Origin: Chiloscyllium plagiosum
Lineage: Eukaryota
DNA length: 32,449 nucleotides
Reading direction: 5' to 3'
NCBI RefSeq assembly: GCF_004010195.1
Contig: NW_025215100.1
Span: 10,822-43,270, forward strand
Part shown: positions 22,825 through 32,449 of the stretch, piece after piece
Position numbering within the stretch: the stretch's first letter is position 1
Layout of the letters: each line of letters starts with the position of its first letter
Program-made: the position numbers and the translations under genes
Notes under the pieces: generated by a model
Database searches by the model: none
What the model was told of the DNA's origin: nothing
What the model saw: the letters and a program-made list of their open reading frames with translations, nothing else

Positions 22825-23069
22825 GTATGTTACCGTTTTCAGACCAAAGAACACCCTTTCCACAGTCACAGAGCAGTTTGAATTCGATGCACATTCAGCT
22901 CAATTTCAAACCGAGTCAAATACCACCAAGGAATTGCAATTTTTAAAAAATCTCTCTCCATTCTCCATGCACATCACCCCGTTTCCAATAAATGTTATTA
23001 TTCACAGTCATAGATTTATACAGCACAGAAACAGACACTTCGGCTGTACTCATCCATGCCAACCAGATA

Positions 23070-23628
23070 GCGGGTGGCACAGTGGCACAGTGGTTAGCAC
23101 TGCGGCCTCACAGCACCAGAGACCCGGGTTCAATTCCCGCCTCAGGCAACTGACTGTGTGGAGTTGCACAATTTCCCCGTGTCTGCGTGGATTTTCTCCG
23201 GGTGCTCCGGTTTCCTCCCACGGTCCAAAAATGTGGAGGTTAGGTGAATTGGCCATGCTAAATTGCCTGTAGGAGAAAGTGAGGTCTGCAGATGCTGGAG
23301 ATCAAAGTTGAAACTTTATTGCTGGAACAGCACAGCAGGTCAGGCAGCATCAAGGGAACAGGAGATTCGATGTTTCGGGCACAGGCCCTTCTTCCTTCGA
23401 CGTTTCGGGCACAGGCCCTTCTTCCTTCGACGTTTCGGGCACAGGCCCTTCTTCTTCGACATTTCGGGCACAGGCCCTTCTTCCAAAGGCTAAATTGCCT
23501 GTAGTGTTAGTGAAGAGGTAAATATAGGGAATGGGTCCGGGTGGGTTATGCTTCGGCGGGTTGGTGTGGATTTGTTGGGTCGAAGGGCCTGTTTCCACAC
23601 TGTAAGTAATCTGTTTTAAAAAAAAAAA
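23070..23628 (+). mobile_element. HE1-like V-SINE with an internal PLE insertion
   Basis: GGCACAGTGGTTAGC A box, GGTTCAATTCC B box, V-domain GTGTCTGCGTGG..CCGGTTTCCTCCCAC, CR1-like tail, A-run. Confidence 0.9.
23273..23488 (-). mobile_element. PLE family A fragment with four tandem copies of a partial hammerhead core
   Basis: 16-bp TSD GCTAAATTGCCTGTAG (23257-23272, 23489-23504); 30-bp unit x4 at 23366-23484. Confidence 0.88.
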
Positions 23629-24656
23629 ATCCTGAACTAATCCAGTCTCATTTGCCAGCACGTGGCCCAGTTCAGTTTACTGGAACAGAAAATCCCTTAT
23701 TTTACAGTTATTATTATTGTATCCATCCAAGTGCCTCTTAAATGATGTACATGTACCAGTCTCCACCAATTTCTCTGGCAGCTCATTCTATACACACAGT
23801 ATGCCACATTGAAAAAATTGCCCTCCAGATCCCTTTTAAATCTTCCCCTCTAACCTTAAGCCTGTGCCCTCTCGCTCTGGACTCCCCTGCCCCAGGGAAT
23901 AAATGTTGTCTATTTATCCTACCCATAGCTCTCATGATTTTATAAACCTCTATTAGGTTACCCCTCCAAAAACAACCTTACGCCTATTCAATCTCTCCCG
24001 ATACCTCAAATACTCCAACCCTGGCAACATCCTTGTAAGTCTTTTCTGAACCCCTTCAAGTTTCACAATATCCTTCCGACAGGTTGGAGACTAGAATTGC
24101 ATGCAATATTCCAACAGTGGCCTAACCAATATCCTGTACATGATCTCCCAACTCCCGTAATCAATTCACTGACCAATAAAGGAAAGCATACCAAACGCCG
24201 CCTTCACTATCCTTTCCACCTGCAACTCCACTTTCAAGGAGCCATGAACCTGCACTCCAAGGTCTCTTTGTTCAGCAACACTCCCTAGGACCTTATCATT
24301 AAGTGTATAAGTCTTGCTAAGATTTGCTTTCCCAAAATGCAGCACCTCGCATTTTTCTAAATTAAACTCCATCTGCCACTTCTCAGCCCATTGGCCCATC
24401 TGAGCAAGATCCTGTTGTAATCTGAGGTAATCTTCTTTGCTGTCCATTACACTCCAGTTTTGGTGTCATCTGCATACTTACTAACTATACCTCTTGTCAG
24501 GTGGGTCAGTGGGCTGAGGAGTGGCAGTTGTAGTTTAGTTTACATACATTTTGAGAAGGCAAACCAAGGCACGAATTCCACACTAATGGTAGGGCATCGG
24601 GGAGTGTTGCTGAACGAAGAAACCTCAGTGTGCCGGTGAAGATTTCCTTGAATGTA

Positions 24657-24829
24657 CTCCAACAGGTTTATTTGGAAGCACTAGCTTTCAAAGCACTGCT
24701 CCTTCTTCAACCACCTGATGAAGGTGCAGTGCTTCAAAAGCTAGTGTTTCCAAATAAACCCGTTGGACAAAAACCTTGTGTTGTTATTTTTCACTTTGTC
24801 CACCCGAGTCCAACACTGGCACCTCCAAG
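24657..24829. mobile_element. PLE family B fold-back fragment (aged)
   Basis: TCCAACAGGTTTATTTGGAAGCACTAGCTTT ... AAAGCTAGTGTTTCCAAATAAACCCGTTGGA arms; imperfect TSD TCC(T/A)TGAA(T/A)GTA. Confidence 0.75.
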
Positions 24830-24967
24830 TCCATGAAAGTAGTTGCAGATAGACAGGTGGTGAAGAAGGCATTTGGCGTGCTTGCCTTCATTGTTCAGAA
24901 CACTGACTGTTGGAGTTGGGAGGTCATCTGGTGGCTGTGCAGGATATTGGTGAATCCATTTTTAGGA

Positions 24968-25151
24968 AGTTAAAAATCACACAACATCAGGTTATAGTCC
25001 AACAGGTTTAATTGGAAGCACACTAGCTTTCGGAGCGACGCTCCTTCATCACCGAAAGCTAGTGTGCTTCCAATTAAACCTGTTGGACTATAACCTGGTG
25101 TTGTGTGATTTTTAACTTTGTACACCCCAGTCCAACACCAGCATCTCCGAA
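24968..25151. mobile_element. PLE family B fold-back fragment (young)
   Basis: 12-bp TSD CCATTTTTAGGA (24956-24967, 25152-25163); 67-bp inverted arms with one mismatch. Confidence 0.88.
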
Positions 25152-26399
25152 CCATTTTTAGGAGATTGTGTATAATTCTCATCAACCTGCTACAGGAAGG
25201 ATGTTGTTAAACTTGAGGTGGTACAGTAAAGATTTACAAGCATGTTATAGAGATATAGAGTCATACAGCAAAGAAACAAACCCTTTGCCCCACCATGTCC
25301 ATGATGTTCAACAAACACCAAACTGCATTCGTCCAATTTACCTGCACTTGGCCACTAGCTGACTATACCCTGACTTTTTAAAGGCACGTCCAGATGCTGC
25401 TTAAATGCTGTGCGAGTACCCAACCACCCTCTCAGGCAGAACGTTCCAAACTTCACTCACCCTCTGGGTCAAAATATTTTTCTCACATTTCCTCTAAGCT
25501 GTTTTCTCCTCAACATCAACTTGTGCCATCTGGACTTGGACACATCGGTCATGGGGAGAAAGATTTTCTCAATCTGCTCTGCCTACATTTCTGATAATCT
25601 GGTATTCTTTAGTCAGATCCTCCCTGAGTCTTCTCTGCTCCAAGAAACCAAAACTCAGCCTATCCAGTCTTGCCTCATAACGGTGACTTTCCAACCCACT
25701 GCACCCTCTCCAGTACAATCACATCCTTCTGATAGGGTGGCAGTCAGACCTGCACACAATATTCCATCTGTGGCCTAATCAATGTTCTATAAAGTTATCG
25801 TAAGCATGCCTTGCTTTTAAATTGTACAGCTCAGGTAATAAAGGCCAGCATTCTGTATGCCTCCTTCAGCAGCCTGTCCACCTGTGTTGTTTCCTTCTGG
25901 GATCTATAGACTTGTATACCAAGGTCCCTTTGTTCCTCAGTACTTCCTCAGGACTTGCCCTTCATTGTGTAATTCTTTTGCTTATTAGACCTCCTAAAAT
26001 ACATTATCTCACACTTATCAGGAATATCAGAGCCATTGTTCTGCCGGCTGTACTCATAGCCTGAGACCATCCCCCTCACTGTCAACAGTGCTGCCAAGTT
26101 TCATGTCGAAGAAGAAAGAACAGTACAGCACAGTCACATGCCCTTTGCCCTCTGCCCTCCAAGCCTGCACCAACACATTTTGCACTTCCACACTAAAATC
26201 TCATCTACAAACATAGTAATTGTACTTTCTGCATTCACATCCAAGTCGTTAATGTACATAATGAACAGCAAGTGGCCCAGCACTGATCCCAGTGGGACAC
26301 CGCTGGTCACAGGCTTCCAATCACAAACACAACCCATCACCATCACACTTTGCATCCTGTCTGCAAGCTAATTTCAGATCCAGTTTGCTTAAGACTCCA

Positions 26400-26483
26400 A
26401 GAGCTGGAAAAGCGCAGCAGGTCAGGCAGCATCCAAGGAACAGGAGAATCGACGTTTCGGACATAAGCCCTTCTTCAGGAGTC
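26400..26483 (-). mobile_element. Short PLE family A fragment with intact hammerhead core
   Basis: 12-bp TSD CTTAAGACTCCA (26388-26399, 26484-26495). Minus strand UC-CUGAAGA-A-GGGC-UUAU-GUCC-GAA-ACGU-C-GA. Confidence 0.85.
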
Positions 26484-26541
26484 CTTAAGACTCCACAAGC
26501 CAATCTTCGACCAGTCTTTTATATGGGACTTTGTCAAAGGC

Positions 26542-27555
26542 TATCGGGGTGGCCTGTACCTGCCAGAATAGAGTGGCCCATATCTGTTAACACAAACTGA
26601 CCGATAAGTGGAAAGTAGAATTAAACAGCAGGACATGAAACACAATGGCAGAAACGAAGCACATCAGCCTGTTCACACACAGTAAGACATAATGATACCA
26701 TTGAACAAGCCACACAGAGGACAGTAAAAAGGACCCACCCTGTTCCTATTCGAAACAGTTCTGACCAGCAGACCTAAGGTCTGAGAAACGAGTAACTCCA
26801 GCCACATTAAATGAAAGGGAAATGTGCCAGTAAATGAACAGGCATCAGATGTTAGATACAGCCCATTAATCCCCTAAAACAACTGAGGGGGCAACAGCTA
26901 AAGTTATCTTATACTACTCAGTTTCATAACTGTGTGATTTTACACATTTGAACTAACTTTATAACAGAAATTAAAATTACAAATTTTTAGCAAATAGTGC
27001 AAAATTAACTGTTTTCTGTTTTTTCTTCATATGTAATAAGGATTTTGGGGGTAAGAGAAGCATTGGATTAAAATTAAATACAATGAATAACAGCATTCAG
27101 GATGTCCCACAAGATAAGCTAGACTGACAGAAACCTGAAGGAGTACAGCAAGTAACTCTGGAATGTGAACAAATAGAATACGTAGAAAGATCCCAAGGCC
27201 GAGCGATTACAGTATCTGCTAATCACCTTGAGATCATGTGAACCTGGAGCTGTCCAATGGATGCCCATCATTGATTAGGTGTCTCATAGGATAGGGTTTG
27301 CAAAGTAAGAGGGAAGAACATAGTAATCACATTGTTTGTGATTGTTCACAGAATGTGAACAATAAATACTGCTTTTTTTTTTATTGTAAAATCAGAGTGT
27401 GCCTTGGATCTCTCTCCTGAGGCCAGTCTCAGGGGAAGATCCTTTGGCCCTCTCCCTGCATTAACCGGTTTCTTCTTGAATAAACACCTGCCACTTGCCT
27501 GAATCCTGCCTGCCTCCTGAGTCTTTCATCTCTGGTCAGGGATTATGCTCCTACA
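26542..27555 (+). mobile_element. Solo LTR related to 12506-13331
   Basis: Starts TATCGGGGT (TG>TA), ends GCTCCTACA, AATAAA at ~27479, flanks AAGGC/GAGGT, splits a CR1 motif. Confidence 0.65.
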
Positions 27556-29547
27556 GAGGTCTTACTATTGTCCATGTAAACTACATCAACTATATTTTGT
27601 TGCCAGGACTAGAGGATTTGAGTTATGGAGAGAGGCCGAATAGGCAGTTTTTTTTCCCCCGGACTGTCTGAGGCTGAGGTATGACCTTACTGAGGTTAAT
27701 AAAATCATGAGTGACATTGAGAGGGTGAATACGCAAGATTTCTTCTTCTAATGTTGGGGAGACCAAAAATAGAGGGCATAGGTTTACGGTGAGAGGGAAA
27801 CAATTTAAAAAGCACGTGTGGGGTTACTTTATCATTGCAGAGGCTGGTGCTTGCATGGAATGAGCTACCAGAGGAAGTGGAGGTGGTGGGTACAATTACA
27901 ACCTTATGTAGGCACCTGGATCGGTACATGAATAGGAAAAGTTTAGAGGGAGACAGACCAAATGCTGGTAAATGGGACTTGGTCAGATATGGATCTCTGG
28001 TCAGCATTAACAACTTGGACCAAAGGACCTGTTTCTGTGCTGTATAACTGTATGACACTCTGAAGGCCAGACTTTGATATCACTACTCCCAGTTAGATTC
28101 CGCGCTATCAGAGTTGCAAAAGTCCATTGCTTTTCCCACCTGGACTTTTAAGGACAACACAGACTCATTTCTGTGGCAATGTGTTACAGTTTTACTTGTC
28201 TGTGAATCCTACAGATACAAACAATTACAGAAAATAAGATCTTTCCCATTCACTTCAGGAAACATGAACTGAGAACTCTCTCCTGTCCCACTCTACTAAC
28301 TGGCTGTCCACTTTACAGCAAACATTTAAACTGTTCAGTAACACAATGCAGGAAGACTGAAGCAGGGTCAAGTGAGTATGGGCATCCTCCCTGTGTCATA
28401 ACTGTTCCTTTCAAAACTCTTTTTTTTATCTATAAAATCTGTGTATACACAATGGAGAACAGCCTGAGTAGTCAACATTAAAGTTTAGTGTCTAAGTTCT
28501 TCACGAGACAACGTGGCTCTATTCTGTGGCGGCCTGTCACATCTGAGCAGAGTTTTGAAGGACCAGTCCCATTGAATAGCACAGACTGACTGGTAGATAG
28601 TAATTCCCAAGTACACAAGCCGTACAAGTGAATAGAAGGGCAGAGCAAACAGTTGCTGACTGTGCCAGTTATTGTCCTTATTCATGTAATGAAGGGTGTG
28701 AAGGCAACTGATTTCTGGACATAACAAAGAATGAGATAGTGCCAATACACAGTAAGTCTAGAATAACTTGCAAAGCACATAAGTATTGCCAGGTTAGTAG
28801 GTCCACAGGCAAAAATAGAAAAATCATGCCTGCAAGGATCACATGGTTGGGAGAGCTAGCATTTCATTAATTAAGTTAAACAGGACAGGGTAAGAGTGAA
28901 ATATGTCTGTCCCAGTGTACAAGTGAACGTCTAATCAAATTTAAATGCATGGTATCACATTGGTCAAAAAGTAAATTCCACTTGTTTATTCAGAAATACT
29001 GAACCCCCCCCTATTGCATGGTCACAATATATTCCATTTATGTAGGGAAAGAAGTAAATAAACATTCAGATTAAGTATTCATCCAATTATCTCACCATGG
29101 TTCAAACTTGCTGTCTGACTCTATGATGTATGTAATTCATGTATCAATTTTGTTTGTCCAGACTGGAGGAATTAGATAGCAGGCCAAGTGTCAGATTGAA
29201 ACAAACATCGCAATTTAATTTGCTTCCACAAAGTGAAAACAGAACACATCGCTTACAAAATGACTGAATAAGTACTTTGTTTTCAAGTGGTCCAAAGGGA
29301 AATGAAATATTGACCCGAAAAGGTACACATTCAGACAGATACCCAGAGATTATTGGACACAATGAAAATGCTCTCCTAAAGTGTTCTTGCTCTAAACATG
29401 TGAACAATAAATTCAAAATGCAAATTCCGAATATAACTTACAATCATAAACCGTACCATAGAATAAAAGTTGTGGAAATTGTCCAAACTGCTCTACACTG
29501 TCAGAGACTGACCATGGTATTAAAAAGTCTCACCTTCATTTACAGTA

Positions 29548-29877
29548 CATAGAATTTCTCCAGTGCAGATAGAGGTCATTTGGCCCATCCCTCTACAACA
29601 ACTCTCCAAAGCGGATCCCACCCAGATGTCGACCCCACCCAATCCCCATAACTCCATGTTTACCATAGTTAACCCACTGATACTGCACATCCTCGAAGAC
29701 TACATGACAATTTACCATCCAGCAAACCTGCACATGTTTGGACTATGCAGAAAAACAAGAGCACCCAGAGGAAACCCATGGAGACACGGGCAGAACGTGT
29801 AAACTGCACAGAGATAATGAAGCATGGTTGGAATTGAATCTGTGTCCCTGGCACCACTGTGCCACCATGCCATCCTG
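29548..29877 (-). mobile_element. Aged HE1-like V-SINE
   Basis: Minus strand GGATGGCATGGTGGCACAGTGG...TGCCCGTGTCTCCATGGGTTTCCTCTGGGTGCTC...AGTCCAAACATGTGCAGG. Confidence 0.8.
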
Positions 29878-29984
29878 ATATGGATGGCAATTGATGAAGT
29901 CTTATTCATGTTGAGCAACAGAGATTTGAAGTAAATAGAGCTCCTGCAGTTTCTGCAAGTGTCATGTTAAACAGAGGCAAATGT

Positions 29985-30990
29985 GTAAGTACACTTACTT
30001 ATTCACAGAACACAAAATCAGGTACAGATACTTTCAGGTACAGATGCACTCACCCATTCATATGGTTGAAGCTGTCAGGAATAGATTGATGATTGCACAA
30101 ACGCATTCACATTGCAGAAACAGACAAGTACAATTTGATAATACACTCACATGATCCCAGAGGAAAGTCTGACAGGTATATATTGATAACTACATTTTTA
30201 CATTCACCTAGAACCTAATGAGGCAGATTGATAACTAAAATCACATTGACATAGCAAAAGCTGACAGGTAGAGACTGGTAATGACATTCTCATATTCACA
30301 CAGCAGAATCTGACAGGGGCAGATATATAATTGGACTATCATCTTCACATCACAGAAACTGACAGGGAGAGATAGATAACTAGACAGTCATATTCAAATT
30401 ACAGAAACTGATGGACAGATCAATAACTACACTTCCATATTCACAGATCAGAAACTGACAGGTACAAATGGATAGGCAAAGGTGAGGACTGCAGATGCTG
30501 GAGATTAGAGTCTGGAGTGTGGTACTGGAAAAGCACAGCAGGTCAGGAAGCATCCAAGGAGCAGGAGAATCGACGTTTTGTTTAAAAGCCCTTCATCAGT
30601 ACAGATTGATAACTACACCAATACATTCACATTGAAGAAACTCACAGGAAAAGAATGATAACTAAACTCATGTATTACTGTCGCTGAAAGCAACAGGTAC
30701 ATTTCAATATGGACCCCCACATGTTCACTTTGCAGAAGATGGCAGGTTGACATTGATAACTACATTCACATTTTAACAATGCAGAAACTGACAGAGACGA
30801 TTGATTAAACTATCCCATTTACAAACTAGAAACTGTCATATTCACACAGTAGAAACCAACAGGTATAGGGTGATAACTTCACTCAAGTATGCACAAAGCA
30901 GAATCTCACTGGGAGAGGGTGATACCTGTACTCATATATTCAAATAGCAGAAGCTTAGAGCTGCAGATTGATACATAAGCTCTCATTGTA
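29985..30990 (+). repeat. Degenerate ~49-bp tandem repeat, block 4
   Basis: CTGACAGG/CTGATGG recurs at ~48-49-bp spacing (30262, 30310, 30359, 30408). Confidence 0.85.
30475..30598 (-). mobile_element. Short PLE family A fragment inserted in the 49-bp array
   Basis: GGTGAGGACTGCAGATGCTGG...GACGTTT...AAGCCCTTCATCAG, flanked by GTACAAATGGATA / GTACAGATTGATA. Confidence 0.8.
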
Positions 30991-32115
30991 CATATAAAAT
31001 GGTTGGGTATATTCTTATTGGAGTTTTGAAGAACAATGTATGACCTTTAGAGGGAAAAAAAAAGATCTGAATGGAGTTGACAGAGTTGATGCTGGGAGTA
31101 TGTCAATGCTCATAGAGAATCCCGAGTAAGGGACACAGTTTTGAACAGGAAGCCTTCTGTCTAAGAAAGCAATGCAGAACATTCTCCCCTTGTTCAGTTC
31201 CACAGAAAGCAGTTCGGGTTGAGTTACCAGCTTAATTTATGCTAATGTAGCTATATATCTTTTTTGATACATTAGGAAGACTTGGTTATGGGCACTAAAC
31301 ATCAAAATGAGATGAAGACCATAACTAAAGTCTTTGTGATCTGTTCTCATGACAGAGTACACACAGACAGATAGAAATGTCACAGAATTCTCATGCTTCT
31401 TATGGTCTTCTGCTTTGAGATATTTAAAGTGATACAAGATTGAAAGAAATTAATAACTACTCCATATACACTGTATCTGCTGCATCATTCACCATACACT
31501 TTACTGATATTTGTGTGCTCACAGATCGCATACTGATCAATTCAGTTATAAGTTACCCTGATGTATCAAGGATGGAGTGGAAAAAAGGATTAACCTTCCA
31601 TTTCATCAGAAACTTTGAGATGTTGAGATATTTGCTCTCTGTCATGCCAGTGATTGACTGAAACTGAGTAAATACAAGATTAGAAACAATAAACTGGAAG
31701 TTACAGAATGAAATACTGAGTCAGTTGCAAAGCAATACATTGTTAAGATATAATACAACTATAGATTAGCTATAAACTGGCATAAACAATGTAACATCTG
31801 CAGTGACATTGCAGATATTGTCAGTAACAATGTACAAAGTATTATCCTTTATCAAAATGCTGCAGTTATAAATACAAACCCAACTTCACTTTGCAGAAGC
31901 TAATATTCGTAGGGTTTGGAAGTGGAGGGTAGTGAGTCCTACCTGAGTCTGTCCAAAGTGGTACCTGGTACTTTCAAAATTGACACTGACAGAGTAAAGC
32001 AACAAGGTACACTTCAGAAGGTTTGAGTTACAGTCCAGTAACATACTGACATGTTAAGACTGTGAAATAGAGTTTACAAGAATACATCCCAGAAACAGAC
32101 GGGCACAGATTGGAG

Positions 32116-32250
32116 TCGAGAGTGTGGTGCTGGAAAAGTACAGCAGGTCAGGCAGCATCCGAGGAGCAGGAGAATCGATGTTTGAAGCATCTCGACGTTT
32201 TGGGCATAAGCCTCTGACCCCCAGGTTCTGCAGAGATCACTTTCTCCTGG
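32116..32250. mobile_element. Rearranged PLE family A fragment
   Basis: 15-bp TSD GGGCACAGATTGGAG (32101-32115, 32251-32265). Minus-sense body followed by a plus-sense end CTGCAG...CACTTTCTCC. Confidence 0.8.
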
Positions 32251-32449
32251 GGGCACAGATTGGAGGAATATTTCCAAGTGGCTGGCAAATAGTGTAACGT
32301 TTTACCGCTCACATCAGTGTTTGATGTTAAAAAAATAAAACCTGTCTTGGAATAACACTGACTATTAGATGGAGGACCAGAGCCTCATTGGACAGATGTT
32401 GAGTTAATGCAAAATGTGTAAATTAGGACATGACAGATATAAAGTTAAA

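Larger units (their letters stand above)
23005..24497 (-). mobile_element. CR1 3' half, split in its 3' UTR by a V-SINE
   Basis: ORF 24166-24447 (LQQDLAQMGQWAEKWQMEFN...KCEVLHFG). Tail at 23005-23069 rejoins 23629. Confidence 0.88.
25247..27597 (-). mobile_element. Degenerate CR1 RT-to-3' fragment hosting a PLE and a solo LTR
   Basis: DWKPVTSGVPLGSVLG...YINDLD. VDVVYMD.SK (27561-27590) and AFDKVP (~26525-26541) are split by the LTR. Tail at 25247-25270. Confidence 0.8.
24498..28060 (+). mobile_element. CR1 3' region on + strand (24498-25246 and 27598-28060) hosting several nested insertions
   Basis: ...AGATTTACAAGCATGTT (25246) resumes as TGTTGCCAGGACTAGAGG (27598). WNELPEEV motif and tail at ~28050. 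Confidence 0.75.

Noticed and set aside
23071..23140. tRNA gene
   Set aside because: A and B boxes belong to a SINE head that continues into the V-domain and LINE-like tail. The same applies at 3760-3838, 13748 and 29877.
22670..23272. 200-aa ORF as a gene
   Set aside because: Chimeric read-through of intron, exon copy, CR1 tail and SINE.
23366..23484. CRISPR-like 30-bp hairpin repeats
   Set aside because: Head-to-tail with no spacers, inside a PLE fragment, in vertebrate DNA with no cas genes.
12506..27555. The two LTRs as ends of one 15-kb provirus
   Set aside because: Each splits a different CR1 with its own TSD-like flanks, they are strongly diverged, and no PBS or gag/pol lies between them.

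Overview
Eukaryotic, repeat-dominated genomic DNA, most likely from a cartilaginous fish (shark). It carries HE1/V-SINE-type and SacSINE/Deu-type SINEs, many CR1 (HER1-like) LINE pieces, a Rex-Babar-like LINE end, a decayed Gypsy element with Gmr1-like domain order, two related solo LTRs and a 500-N scaffold gap. No recognisable intact host protein gene, RNA gene or CRISPR array is present. Notable structure: (1) about a dozen short Penelope-like (PLE) insertions from three families. Most have 9-16 bp target-site duplications, several are fold-back hairpins, and two families carry a minimal hammerhead-ribozyme motif at which many copies are truncated. (2) A CpG-rich promoter-like region with two NRF1 motifs (~16.4-16.9 kb), followed by three candidate exons that splice in frame to an unrecognised 129-aa ORF, plus a diverged duplicate of exon 2 about 5.4 kb downstream. 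(3) A degenerate ~49-bp tandem repeat in four blocks. (4) Several three-layer nested TE insertions. All calls come from reading the sequence by eye. Family names rest on remembered consensus motifs, not database searches.
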